Assembly: GCA_963677485.1 (NCBI GenBank)
Contig: OY781964.1
Location: 608,001 to 672,000, forward strand
Source: Armatimonadota bacterium
Lineage (GTDB): Bacteria; Armatimonadota; HRBIN16
Length of the DNA: 64,000 nt
Reading direction: 5' to 3'
Under the pieces are notes generated by a model that saw only the letters and a program-made list of their open reading frames with translations, was not told where the DNA came from and did not search any database. The translations under genes were made by a program, and so were the position numbers. Positions 20,039-29,427 of this stretch are shown in pieces. Positions within the stretch are counted from its first letter, which is position 1; every line of letters starts with the position of its first letter.

Positions 20039-21499
20039 ATGAATAGATGGATTGTCACAGCGCTATTGGCGTTGTTTTGCATCATGCCGCTGTTAGCTGG
20101 GCCGATGGATGGTCTCGACCGGTATGTCGACGCCAAGGCCATGCTGAGCAGCAGCACGGACCCCAACCTTGAGGGCAACGGCGATTGCCGCTCCATCCCG
20201 GCTGGGCAGACGCTCACCATCACCGATGTGAAGGGCCCAGGCCGAATCAACCACATCTGGTTCACCATCGCCGCCAGCGAGCGTGCTTACGGTAAACTGA
20301 TGATTTTGCGCATGTACTGGGATGGCGAAACCACGCCCAGTGTGGAGTGCCCCATCAACGACTTCTTCGCAGAAGGCCATGGCATGGACATGAACGTCAA
20401 CTCAGCGATGGTCACGGTCACTGCAGAGGGGCGTGCCCGCAACTGCTACTGGCCGATGCCGTTCCACAAGTCGGCGAAAATCACCGTCACCAATGAAGGC
20501 AAGCAGGCAGTTGGCGGGCTCTTCTGGCAGGTCGACTGGCTGAAGCTCCATAAGCTGCCAAAGGAAACCCCAACTTTCCATGCTCAATACCGTCAGGAGT
20601 TCCCGCGGGCACGCACTGGCAACTACACCATCCTGGAGGCCGTCGGTAAAGGCCACCTGGTGGGCACCTTCATCAGCGTGCGCATGCATGGCGAAGGCTG
20701 GTTTGGCGAGGGCGACCAACTCATTAACATCGATGGCGAAACCCGCCCCTCCGTGCAGGGCACCGGCAGCGAAGACTACTGGTGCGATGCCTGGGGCCTG
20801 CGCCCCTCGCAGAACCTCTACTACGGATTTCCGATCAGCGAGGACTACCAGCCGGGGTCACTACATGCGGCTTACCGATGGCACATCGCCGATCCAGTGC
20901 CGTTTGATAAGTCATTCAAGATGCAGATTGAGACCAAAGGTCAGCAGCGCCTGGCCGATGGCTCGTGGGATAACTACGCGCGGCTGGCGGATGACTACAG
21001 CAGCGTGGCTTACTGGTATCAGACCGAGCCGCACGCGCCGTTCCCTGCCCTGCCCAAGGCCGCAGACCGACTGTATGCCCCTCCCGTGGTGATTGAGGCC
21101 GAGTCGCTGATTGACAAGGTCACACCGGAGAAGCCATACCGAGTCGTGCAGAAGATCGAGCTACTAAGCGGCGGAGCGCAGATACTCTTCGAGCCCCCGA
21201 CAGAACAGGCGGAGATGCAGGTGCCCATCAAGGCTCCGAAACCAGGCCGGTATATCGTCAAGCTGAAGTTCCTATGCAGCTTCGACTTCGGCATTTACAA
21301 ATTCGAGATGGGCGATAAGCTGTCTGCTCCGGCGATCGACACGTTGTTTACCGGCGAGTCTACGAAGTCGCTTAAGCTTGGGATGATCAGCTTCGGTGAG
21401 GAGCCGATACCATTGAAAATGAAGTGCGTGGGCAAAAACCCCAGCAGTGCGGGTTATTTCCTCGGTTTTGACAGCATCGAGCTGCTTCCGGTGCCGTAG
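20039..21499 (+). CDS. DUF2961/GH172-family glycoside hydrolase, secreted (paralogue 2)
   Basis: Tandem duplicate with the same motifs. Confidence 0.85.
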   Translation: MNRWIVTALLALFCIMPLLAGPMDGLDRYVDAKAMLSSSTDPNLEGNGDCRSIPAGQTLTITDVKGPGRINHIWFTIAASERAYGKLMILRMYWDGETTPSVECPINDFFAEGHGMDMNVNSAMVTVTAEGRARNCYWPMPFHKSAKITVTNEGKQAVGGLFWQVDWLKLHKLPKETPTFHAQYRQEFPRARTGNYTILEAVGKGHLVGTFISVRMHGEGWFGEGDQLINIDGETRPSVQGTGSEDYWCDAWGLRPSQNLYYGFPISEDYQPGSLHAAYRWHIADPVPFDKSFKMQIETKGQQRLADGSWDNYARLADDYSSVAYWYQTEPHAPFPALPKAADRLYAPPVVIEAESLIDKVTPEKPYRVVQKIELLSGGAQILFEPPTEQAEMQVPIKAPKPGRYIVKLKFLCSFDFGIYKFEMGDKLSAPAIDTLFTGESTKSLKLGMISFGEEPIPLKMKCVGKNPSSAGYFLGFDSIELLPVP

Positions 21500-21503
21500 A
21501 AGT

Positions 21504-21731
21504 CAGTCTATTACCCACAAGTATCGCATAACCAGTAGGTCACCGATTCCGCGACATAAATATCTCGGCGATTGAACACCAAGACTGCTGAAGCAGTCTT
21601 CATTAACGTTATCTTTGTCGGTAAGGAGCTCCACAGCCCGGTTTAGCGGGCTTGTTGATCAGTAGCCGAGACATTTATGTCGCGGCATATGGTCAATACG
21701 ATCCCGATCTGGATTTGTGGGTAATCGGCTG
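21504..21731. mobile_element. 228-bp MITE with 17-bp terminal IRs and 10-bp target-site duplication
   Basis: CAGTCTATTACCCACAA...TTGTGGGTAATCGGCTG (15/17 match), flanked by CCGTAGAAGT at 21494-21503 and 21732-21741. Confidence 0.85.
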
Positions 21732-21752
21732 CCGTAGAAGTAGTGCCTTTCG

Positions 21753-21785
21753 AAAAAGGCCGTCCTTCACAGGACGGCCTTTTTG
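21753..21785. terminator. Bidirectional intrinsic terminator
   Basis: AAAAAGGCCGTCCT-tcac-AGGACGGCCTTTTT. Confidence 0.85.
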
Positions 21786-22717
21786 AGGTTACTCGATCGA
21801 CAGCACCATTTTGCCATGCGCCTTGGAGCCCATGATCCGGGTGTGAGCAAGCGCAGCATTCTGCAGCGGGATGCTGATACCCACCTCAGGTCTGATCATC
21901 TTGGTTTCAAGCAAAGAATGAACGGCATCTCGACACTGTTTATACGCATCTGGCGTCATGTTGAAAAGGGCCATACCCAGGATATCCGCCTCTTTGACCA
22001 TGGCTAACCGAGGATTGAAGTCCAGACTACCGCGGTTGCCGATGATGACGATACGTCCGAATTTCGCGATCATTCTGAGGTCGGTCTCCAGATTATCATT
22101 GGCCAGCATCTCGATGATGACATCAGGCCCCTTACCAACAGTGACGGACAGCACCTGATCGATCGTGTCCGCGGTGATGTGGTCAAACACATGTGATGCC
22201 CCAGCCGCTTGCACCAACGACTTTCCCTCAGGCGAACCAGCGGTGCCGATCACAATCGCACCCGTCGCTTTCGCGATCTGAACGGCCAGAAGACCCACAC
22301 CGCCGCTGGCTCCATGCACCAGTACCGTCTCACCTTTTTTCACGCAGCCCCGATGATATACTGCTCGGACGGCAGTCAAAGCTGGGACACCGAGCGACAC
22401 TCCCTGCTCAAAAGTAATATCGTCTGTCAAACGATAGATAGCCTCAGCATCGCAAACCACCTTTTGCGCATAGGTGCCTGTGCATCGCTTCGCGAACAAG
22501 GCGCAGACATACACGCGGTCGCCCACGCTGAACTGCTTTACATCCTCGCCAATGGCATCTACCACCCCGGCTCCATCGCTTCCTGGCGTGTAGGGCAGAT
22601 CGGGTCTGCTGAAAACATATGTGCCGGTCCGGGTGTAGACTTCACTCGGGTTAACCCCCGCCGCGAACAGGCGCACCCGGACTGTATCGCACCCGGTTAC
22701 ACAGACACGGGTTAGTG

Positions 22718-23632
22718 TTAAGCCGCAGTTGTAATGGAGTGCTCTTCTACAAAGCACTGGCGGGTTTCAAGCGGCGTTTTGAATCCCATCTTCTCCAATC
22801 GCCACGAACGATTGTACTCCTGTTTGAATTGTAGCACTGCTTCCCTCACTTCGTCGACATTCTGAAATACATGTGCGTAAATGACCTGTTCCTTTAGTGT
22901 CCGGTTGAATCGCTCAACCACACCATTTGTCTGGGGCTGTTGCACATAGCTGAAGCTGGGTGTGATCCCCAGCCGCTTGATTTCATACTGGAAGTGATCG
23001 GAGCAATTTGCGGATCCGTTGTCGAGTCTCAGAGTAAGCCCGTTGGCGACAGCACGCTCTACGCTGCCATATATAGCCTGAACCCCTTCAAGCACAGGTT
23101 GAACGGCGTTGAACCGGGTACCGAGTTTGCAGACATATATGCCTACGCACTCACCGTTCCAGTGTTCTACCGCACTGAATATCCAGATATTTCCATCATC
23201 AACCGTCCGCACCTGTGTGCCGTCAGTACCCCACATGATATTGGGAGCATCAGTAATGATCGTTCCATTGTGTTGATTAGTATCTGCCTTAGGTCTGCGA
23301 TAAGGCGATAGAAGCTCATTGTTACGCATTAGCCGAAGCACACGGTTCCTGCCCACTCGCAACTTCTGTGCTCCAAAGTGCAGTGACGCGTGGATTTTCT
23401 TATAGCCTTCACCTTGAAATGGAGAGCCATTGATTACAAGCTTGATCGCTTCCAATAGTTCATCATCGGAAACGGAGGTCTTGGGTCCACGCTTTAGCCT
23501 GGGTGTGCTTAAAGCAGGATGAACAACCTCTGTGATTTGCATATAGTAGGTAGAGCGAGGTTGTTCCCAAACTCGGCATACCCTTTCTACACCATAGTGA
23601 GCGCATGTGGCGGGGGAAATGGCAGTGCTCAT
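22718..23632 (-). CDS. IS OrfB DDE transposase (rve)
   Basis: WGTDGT, LRLDNGS, PQTNGVVERFNRTLKEQ; ATGA overlap with orfA stop. Confidence 0.9.
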   Translation of the reverse strand: MSTAISPATCAHYGVERVCRVWEQPRSTYYMQITEVVHPALSTPRLKRGPKTSVSDDELLEAIKLVINGSPFQGEGYKKIHASLHFGAQKLRVGRNRVLRLMRNNELLSPYRRPKADTNQHNGTIITDAPNIMWGTDGTQVRTVDDGNIWIFSAVEHWNGECVGIYVCKLGTRFNAVQPVLEGVQAIYGSVERAVANGLTLRLDNGSANCSDHFQYEIKRLGITPSFSYVQQPQTNGVVERFNRTLKEQVIYAHVFQNVDEVREAVLQFKQEYNRSWRLEKMGFKTPLETRQCFVEEHSITTAA

Positions 23633-24057
23633 TTCCGTAATTTCCCCCGCGTAAAAGGGGCTTCTCTCCGGTGACATCGCTCGTATAGGAGTTCAATCTC
23701 CATAGATTGCTCACCGATACGTCGCTGGGCCTCTTTGAGCTGATGCTCTAAGGGATCTTGAACACGTATCTTCAGAGCGGATTCCATGCCAGCCAGGGCT
23801 CTATCACGCCACTCCTCAATCTGATATATCGGTACACCTATTTGCCTTGATACGATCTCCAAGGATTCGCCGCCAATCAAGCGTTGAACCACCTCAAGTT
23901 TGCGTCGGCAGGACCACCGTCGGCTCTCCGGTAAAAAATTTACGTCCGGGGTGGAACTCGCCCCTTCAGTCGCGCTCCGCGCTCCTTCCGGGGCTCTTTC
24001 CACCCCGGACGTCGGAACAGACATCGGATCCGGATCATTCAAATGATGTGTCTTCAT
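23629..24057 (-). CDS. IS OrfA HTH protein
   Basis: RRWSCRRKLEVVQRLIGGESL...WRDRAL plus leucine-zipper-like tail. Confidence 0.85.
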   Translation of the reverse strand: MKTHHLNDPDPMSVPTSGVERAPEGARSATEGASSTPDVNFLPESRRWSCRRKLEVVQRLIGGESLEIVSRQIGVPIYQIEEWRDRALAGMESALKIRVQDPLEHQLKEAQRRIGEQSMEIELLYERCHRREAPFTRGKLRK

Positions 24058-24413
24058 GAACTCAGTTTACCTTAATATTCTGTCTGTAAAAATTCGGGTA
24101 CCGCTCAAGGCGCACCCGGACCTCGCCTGCGCCAGGCACTGGCTGCTCAACATCGACGTATTGTAATACCTCTGGCCCTCCGAATTCGGATACTCGAATA
24201 GCTTTCATATGGCGCCTCCTGTCCGATCAATAGGTGCGGGCCGATACTTTTCTTGAATATCTGTGCAGCACCATCAACTCAGAGTTTACCTGTAATATAA
24301 TGATCTGGTGTCGGTCTTGCCGATGACTACCCTAATATCTTTCCACGCCACACTTGCGTGATATGCGATGGCATGTTACAATACGATGGTCAACATGTCG
24401 GAGGTAACCGAAA

Positions 24414-24626
24414 ATGAACATTTGCGAAATATGCGGCAAAGGTGTCTTATACGGTCAGAATATTCGTCACCGCCATTCGGGTGCATGGGCACTTCGCGCT
24501 CCAAAAACCAAGCGCGTACAAAAGCCTAACTTGCAGACCGTGCGGGCGATCGTGAAGGGTTCCCCGTGTCACCTTAAGGTTTGCACCCGCTGCCTGAAGG
24601 CTGGTAAGGTGCAGCGCGCCAGCTAA
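24414..24626 (+). CDS. rpmB: 50S ribosomal protein L28 (zinc-ribbon type)
   Basis: CEICGKG...TKRVQKPNLQ...KVCTRCLKAGKV; RBS GGAGG. Confidence 0.93.
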   Translation: MNICEICGKGVLYGQNIRHRHSGAWALRAPKTKRVQKPNLQTVRAIVKGSPCHLKVCTRCLKAGKVQRAS

Positions 24627-24660
24627 GCCTTCGCGGTTGTAAAGCCGTTTCAACAGTTTC

Positions 24661-24698
24661 AGCCGTCTTGCGTAACGCAAGGCGGCTAATCTGTTTTT
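24661..24698 (+). terminator. Probable terminator after rpmB
   Basis: AGCCGTCTTGCG-taa-CGCAAGGCGGCT followed by a T-rich tract. Confidence 0.6.
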
Positions 24699-24708
24699 AG
24701 GGGGCTAT

Positions 24709-25160
24709 CCACAGATTACGCAGATTACACAGATGGGTGTGATTCCTCTGGATTGTTGTCTGAACCACGGATAACGCGGATTTGTGGGATTGCACGGATG
24801 GGAAGGAACGTCTGAACCACGGATGAACGCGAATGAACACGGATGGGGAGGAACGTCTGAACCACGAATTACGCGGATTGTTAGGATGACACAGATGGGA
24901 ACGGAGATGGCCAATCGGGAGATTGGCGTTCCCAGGCAACATCCCCCTCCGCGACCTCCGCGTCTCCGCGTGACACATCGCCGTCCCTATCTGCGTTCAT
25001 CCGCGTTCATCCGCGGTTTAGAAATGCACCTTCGCGCCTTCGCGTCTCCGCATGACACGTCTCCGTCCCTATCTGCGTTCATCCGCGTTCATCTGCGGTT
25101 TGGACAAAGATTCCGCGTGAGCAGTGCCGTTGAAAGTGGCCAATCGGGAGATTGGCGTTC
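24709..25160. repeat. Cluster of 9-10-bp-period repeat modules in both orientations plus GCCAATCGGGAGATTGGCGTTC hairpins
   Basis: TGAACCACG-led units at 24761, 24813, 24858; inverted ATCTGCGTTCATCCGCGTTCATC at 24989 and 25071; hairpin at about 24910 and 25139. Confidence 0.8.
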
Positions 25161-25171
25161 GCGGGGGGTAA

Positions 25172-25708
25172 CTACCGCTTGCGATGAACGCCTTTAATGC
25201 GCTTGTGGATCACCGCATCGGGCCGGTCGGGGTCATTCCGTATCACACTGATGCTGCCATCTACCTCAAGCATCGCCAACTCCACATCGCTGATGTTCAA
25301 AGCCTCATGCTGCCGTAACGCGGCCGCGAGTTCATCCAATGTGATCTGTTCATGCATCAGATTGCGGTGGACCGGCTCACCATGTGTTACCAGCACTACC
25401 GGAACGCCCTCCACCCAGCGTCGAAAATTGTCGCTGCGCATCCGGAACCGGCTGACCATCCAGTTGATACACAGAAGCGTCAACGCTGACAACAAGCCGC
25501 CAGTCAATGTGATATCGGCCCCTACCATGGCGGTCTGCACCGAATTGCTGATGAGCAGCAGTACCACCAGGTCAAACGGCGTCATCTGCCCGATTTCGCG
25601 CTTACCCGATATCCGTACGCCCGTCAGCAACCCAACGTACACCAGCGAGGTTCGAAGAATAATACCCCACGCCGCAGGAAATGTGATATCTAAAATACCA
25701 TGCATCAT
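25172..25708 (-). CDS. DUF421/YetF family membrane protein
   Basis: GKREIGQMTPFDLV, EGVPVVLV, LEVDGSISVI. Confidence 0.88.
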   Translation of the reverse strand: MMHGILDITFPAAWGIILRTSLVYVGLLTGVRISGKREIGQMTPFDLVVLLLISNSVQTAMVGADITLTGGLLSALTLLCINWMVSRFRMRSDNFRRWVEGVPVVLVTHGEPVHRNLMHEQITLDELAAALRQHEALNISDVELAMLEVDGSISVIRNDPDRPDAVIHKRIKGVHRKR

Positions 25709-25714
25709 CGGTGA

Positions 25715-26647
25715 TCATCTCTCCCTGGAGGTTCGCTTCACTTTAATCTGCACATCACCGGCTTTAGCTGGATCCCATGGGTCCATATGCACCACCACTT
25801 CACACGGTGCAAGCAGATCGCGAATCCGCCTTTCCATGCTTTCCGCAATCGCATGGGCCTCTTTCAAGCCCATTTCGGTAGGTAGCACCACATGGAAATC
25901 CACATGCCGTAAAGAACCGGTCTTGCGGGTACGCAGGTTATGCCAGTTCAATAGTGTGGTTTCACTATCCAGCAACCGTGTGATCTCTGAGACCTCGTCC
26001 GCAGGCAGGCTGCCGTCCATCAACTGTTGACCAGCCGTCCAGGTGAGTTTACTGCCGATATACCCTATCAAGGTCGCTACGCCAATGGCCACGATGGGGT
26101 CCAGAATATCAAGCTTGGTGATAGCCACCACGGCCAATCCTAACGCCACACCAAATGAGGTCATCACATCGGTAGACAGGTGATGCGCATCGGCTTCCAA
26201 CGCCATCGAATCCGTCGCCCGTGCCACACGGAATAAGAATCGCGACACCAGGATATTCACCACACCCGATACCAGCATCACCGCCACACCTAACCAGGCA
26301 AAGTCGATCTTCGCGTGGTCGGAGATGATCGCGTGTATCTTGTGGAACGCCTCATAGGCTATCCAGATGGCTGCAAACACAATCAGTGCCGCTTCAATGG
26401 CACCCGAGATGCTTTCGGCTTTTCCATGGCCGTACTGATGTTCTTTGTCAGCCGGCTGGTCGGATATCCGCACGCAGACCCATGCGATCACAGCAGCCAC
26501 CAGGTCAAGTCCGCTATGTATCGCCTCAGAAATAATACTGACCGAGCCACTGATGGTGCCCACAACCAGCTTCATCACGATTAACAGGCTATTGGACATT
26601 ACCGAAATGGTTGCTGCTCTTGTTTTTAGCGAACCTACACTACTCAC
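25715..26647 (-). CDS. Cation diffusion facilitator (FieF-like)
   Basis: EAIHSGLD, PADKEHQYGHGKAE, ADAHHLSTD, C-terminal ZT_dimer. Confidence 0.92.
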   Translation of the reverse strand: MSSVGSLKTRAATISVMSNSLLIVMKLVVGTISGSVSIISEAIHSGLDLVAAVIAWVCVRISDQPADKEHQYGHGKAESISGAIEAALIVFAAIWIAYEAFHKIHAIISDHAKIDFAWLGVAVMLVSGVVNILVSRFLFRVARATDSMALEADAHHLSTDVMTSFGVALGLAVVAITKLDILDPIVAIGVATLIGYIGSKLTWTAGQQLMDGSLPADEVSEITRLLDSETTLLNWHNLRTRKTGSLRHVDFHVVLPTEMGLKEAHAIAESMERRIRDLLAPCEVVVHMDPWDPAKAGDVQIKVKRTSRER

Positions 26648-27540
26648 GCCTTATCCCCTGACTGCTTACGATATGGTTCGATATGGATCAACACATCAGC
26701 GACGCGCTGCTGCTTCTGTTTGATCATCTCTCGGACATCGGAAGCTATTCGATGCCCTTCGCTAACACTAATGTCGCCGTTTACCCAAATGTGAAGGTCA
26801 ACATAATAATCAAATCCCATCTTGCGCAGCAGGCATTTTTCGACGGTCATCACCCCTGGAACCGCCTGTGCGATCATCTTGACCGCAGCCGTGAACTCAG
26901 GTGAAGGAGCGATGTCCATCACCTCCGCCACCGCTGGTCGAAGCATCCGGACCGCGTTAAACACGATGATTCCAGAAGCAAATAGTGCCGCCCAGTCGTC
27001 CGCGTCCTCATATCCCTTGCCCGCCCAAAGTGCCACGCTAATCCCCACGAAGGCGGCTGCTGAGGTGATGGCGTCGCTGCGATGGTGCCAGGCGTCAGTT
27101 TTGACTGCCGTGCTGCGAGTTTCCGTGCCCACGTCAAAAACATATCGGAACAGGGTCTCCTTCACCACTATCACGACCACCAGCACGAGAAGGGTAAACG
27201 GTGCGGGGGTGGTGTGTGGCGACCGGATCTCCCTGATCGACTGAACAGCTATTGTCACAGCCGCCATCATGAGCATGCAACTGACAATGATCGCGGCGAT
27301 GGGCTCCGCTTTGCCATGGCCATACGGGTGGTTTTCATCACGGGGGATGGTAGCGACCTTCAAACCGGCGGCTACGATAAGTGAGCTGAAGACATCCGAT
27401 CCCGATTCGATCGCATCGGCGATCAACGCGTAGCAGTTACCGAAATACCCGGCGGCACCTTTGAACAGTGCCAGGGATGCGTTGACCGCAACCCCCATTA
27501 AAGATGAGCGTATACCCCTACCCACCGCGCGCGTGTTCAT
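26644..27540 (-). CDS. Cation diffusion facilitator (FieF-like)
   Basis: ADAIESGSD, PRDENHPYGHGKAE, DAWHHRSDA, VLIHIEP. Confidence 0.92.
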   Translation of the reverse strand: MNTRAVGRGIRSSLMGVAVNASLALFKGAAGYFGNCYALIADAIESGSDVFSSLIVAAGLKVATIPRDENHPYGHGKAEPIAAIIVSCMLMMAAVTIAVQSIREIRSPHTTPAPFTLLVLVVVIVVKETLFRYVFDVGTETRSTAVKTDAWHHRSDAITSAAAFVGISVALWAGKGYEDADDWAALFASGIIVFNAVRMLRPAVAEVMDIAPSPEFTAAVKMIAQAVPGVMTVEKCLLRKMGFDYYVDLHIWVNGDISVSEGHRIASDVREMIKQKQQRVADVLIHIEPYRKQSGDKA

Positions 27541-27588
27541 ACCTGCTCCTGCATGACCGCTTAACAGAATGCTCCCACGCGGTTTGGT

Positions 27589-27603
27589 TATATTACATTA
27601 TAC
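27589..27603 (+). repeat. attL core
   Basis: TATATTACATTATAC, identical to 63441-63455. Confidence 0.88.
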
Positions 27604-27738
27604 GGGACTTCCGCACTATGCATCTACAAGCACACTATACATAGACAAAACACACTGTATCATCTTAAAAATGGTGTTATCGCACTGCGGCATTGACTCG
27701 TTACTTGACACGGCTTATCTATACGGTTGTGAACACTG

Positions 27739-28608
27739 ATGAACGAAATGCAATACAAATTCAGACCATATCATCCATTTACTGCACTCGATAACAGGTT
27801 CAGAAGCCATCGCTGGTTGGCTAAAATGGGGCCCGAAAACTGGTTCATGTATTCGGAGCTTGCCATGCGTTCCAATGCTGATTTCATCTCTTGGGCATCC
27901 ATCCGAACCATGGCAGACGAGCTTGGTATCAGCCCATCAACGGTGCAGAAATGCATCAAGGAGCTGAAGGAGCTTGGGCTGCTCAACGTGACCCAACGGT
28001 GGTCGTCCAAAGGTGACAAAACGAGTAACTTGTATCAGCTCATGGTACCTGATTTCGATAGTGAGGAGGCCGAGGGGGGTGTACCACCACACGGTACACC
28101 CTGTACCACGCCACGGTACACAGGTGTACCGCCACACGGTACAGAATTAAAAGAATCTGAAGAAGAAGAAGTTAAGGATAATTCCCTTACGGGTTCGGCT
28201 GACGCCGAAGCGGCTGAACACCCTCCCGTTCAACCTCCAAAACCCAAAGAGCCGAAGCCGGACCCCTACCGCTCCGTGATCGAGACCTACTCGCTGGCCG
28301 GGCTTCCGGAGCCGCCCAGCAGCGAGGTAACCCCACTGCTGCGGGCCATGAAACAAGCCCTCGCCTCCGGGTGGCCACCCACCAGGATCGCGGCTGCCTG
28401 GAGCAATGCCAGAGCCAGGTGTAACCCCCAGAGCTTGAGCGTGTGGAGCTTGGCATACACGCTCAGGCACTTGACCGATGCCGAAGCCATGCAGTCCAAA
28501 CCGCCGGGAAGTGGTAACAAACCTCCGAGGTTGTCTGATGATGAACTCGAGGCGCGGGCCAGAGCTAACGCCGCGAATGTGATGGGAGAACTCTACAATG
28601 ACCGATGA
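27739..28608 (+). CDS. Phage replication initiator (N-terminal HTH_36-like)
   Basis: WASIRTMADELGISPSTVQKCIKELKELGLL...TSNLYQL; internal iterons. Confidence 0.8.
   Translation: MNEMQYKFRPYHPFTALDNRFRSHRWLAKMGPENWFMYSELAMRSNADFISWASIRTMADELGISPSTVQKCIKELKELGLLNVTQRWSSKGDKTSNLYQLMVPDFDSEEAEGGVPPHGTPCTTPRYTGVPPHGTELKESEEEEVKDNSLTGSADAEAAEHPPVQPPKPKEPKPDPYRSVIETYSLAGLPEPPSSEVTPLLRAMKQALASGWPPTRIAAAWSNARARCNPQSLSVWSLAYTLRHLTDAEAMQSKPPGSGNKPPRLSDDELEARARANAANVMGELYNDR
28080..28143. repeat. Iterons of putative phage origin
   Basis: Three 19-bp TGTACC-N7-GGTACA units at 28080, 28102, 28125 followed by an A-rich tract. Confidence 0.8.
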
Positions 28609-29143
28609 AAGATTTGCCGACGCGATGGCCTTCTTTGCCATCACCTACGGTGCTGAATACAGCCAGAAGCAGCAGACCATGTGGAGGGTTCAGATCGAAC
28701 GCCACGACATCACTGACGATGAGTTTGACGCCGCTCTTGATAAGTTCCTGATGACCAAAGAGTCGAACTTCATGCCACGAACGCCAGGTGCAGTGCTGCA
28801 TTACGTGGTGGAGGCGCGTGAACACGCCCAGATCGAAGGCGTGCCGACTGTGGCGGATGCGTTGTGGGAGGTGCGTGAGACCCTCAACCGCTATCAAGGT
28901 CAACCGAAATACAGCCACCCCATCATCGCAAAAGCCGTGGCCACGATCGGATATTACCGGCTCTGCGAGATGACATCGGAGGATATTAGCCGGGAGTTCA
29001 GGGTGACATATGGGGAGTTACGCAAGCACGTCCTGGACAAACCCATCGAGGAACGGCCTATGGTTGAAGGGCGTCGGTCTGGAATGGGGTCCATCGGCGA
29101 CTCGCTGCGGTCACTTCCCGGTCTGCTGGGAGGGTGCAAGTGA
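28598..29143 (+). CDS. Helicase loader/inhibitor-like protein (G39P-like)
   Basis: Overlaps the initiator; W...F.P and ADALWEVR...F...Y pattern. Confidence 0.5.
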   Translation: MTDERFADAMAFFAITYGAEYSQKQQTMWRVQIERHDITDDEFDAALDKFLMTKESNFMPRTPGAVLHYVVEAREHAQIEGVPTVADALWEVRETLNRYQGQPKYSHPIIAKAVATIGYYRLCEMTSEDISREFRVTYGELRKHVLDKPIEERPMVEGRRSGMGSIGDSLRSLPGLLGGCK

Positions 29144-29427
29144 GGCAGGCACACGAGTTCATCGGGCAGCATGTCATGCGGGCCAACGGGCGTATATGGC
29201 GGCATAGGACATGCGACGCGCCGTATGTGGTTGTTGCGCAAACGAAAAGCATCAACCCACACGAGACTTACCTGCGTGGGCTGTGTGCAAAATGCCTCAT
29301 AGATGGCCATATCAAGTTCACCGATGGGATACGTCCCGTTGAAGCCAACTGGCATACCAAACTTAGGATGACACGACATGAACACTGGCCCGCATGGGCC
29401 TCAATAGGAGTTTTCGATATTGAGTAA
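29140..29427 (+). CDS. Hypothetical phage protein
   Basis: Overlapping start and stop with neighbours. Confidence 0.45.
   Translation: MRQAHEFIGQHVMRANGRIWRHRTCDAPYVVVAQTKSINPHETYLRGLCAKCLIDGHIKFTDGIRPVEANWHTKLRMTRHEHWPAWASIGVFDIE

Larger units (their letters stand above)
22683..24107 (-). mobile_element. IS3-family-like insertion sequence, 1425 bp
   Basis: TG...CA ends, imperfect IRs (TGTATCGCACCCGGTTACACAGACA / TGAGCGGTACCCGAATTTTTACAGACA), 14-bp flanking direct repeat AGGCGCACCCGGAC. Confidence 0.9.
21789..24208 (-). pseudogene. qor: NADPH:quinone reductase (zeta-crystallin/Qor) interrupted by IS
   Basis: N-terminus MKAIRVSEFGGPEVLQY...GEVRVR at 24208-24108 rejoins in frame with LFAAGVNP...VHGASGGVG at 22682-21789 when the IS and one direct repeat are removed. 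Confidence 0.9.

Noticed and set aside
21789-22757. Intact 322-aa quinone reductase as in the ORF track
   Set aside because: Its first ~25 codons come from the IS end; the true N-terminus is at 24208-24108
24709-25160. CRISPR array
   Set aside because: Units are degenerate, occur in both orientations, have no unique constant-length spacers, and no cas genes are present
24697-25197. ORFs 24697-24978, 24705-24914 and 24784-25197
   Set aside because: Translations of the repeat cluster; no RBS or protein-like features
27578-27612. att core as chromosomal dif site
   Set aside because: One arm loosely resembles a XerC box but the normally conserved XerD arm (TTATGTTAAAT) does not match, and the phage encodes its own integrase
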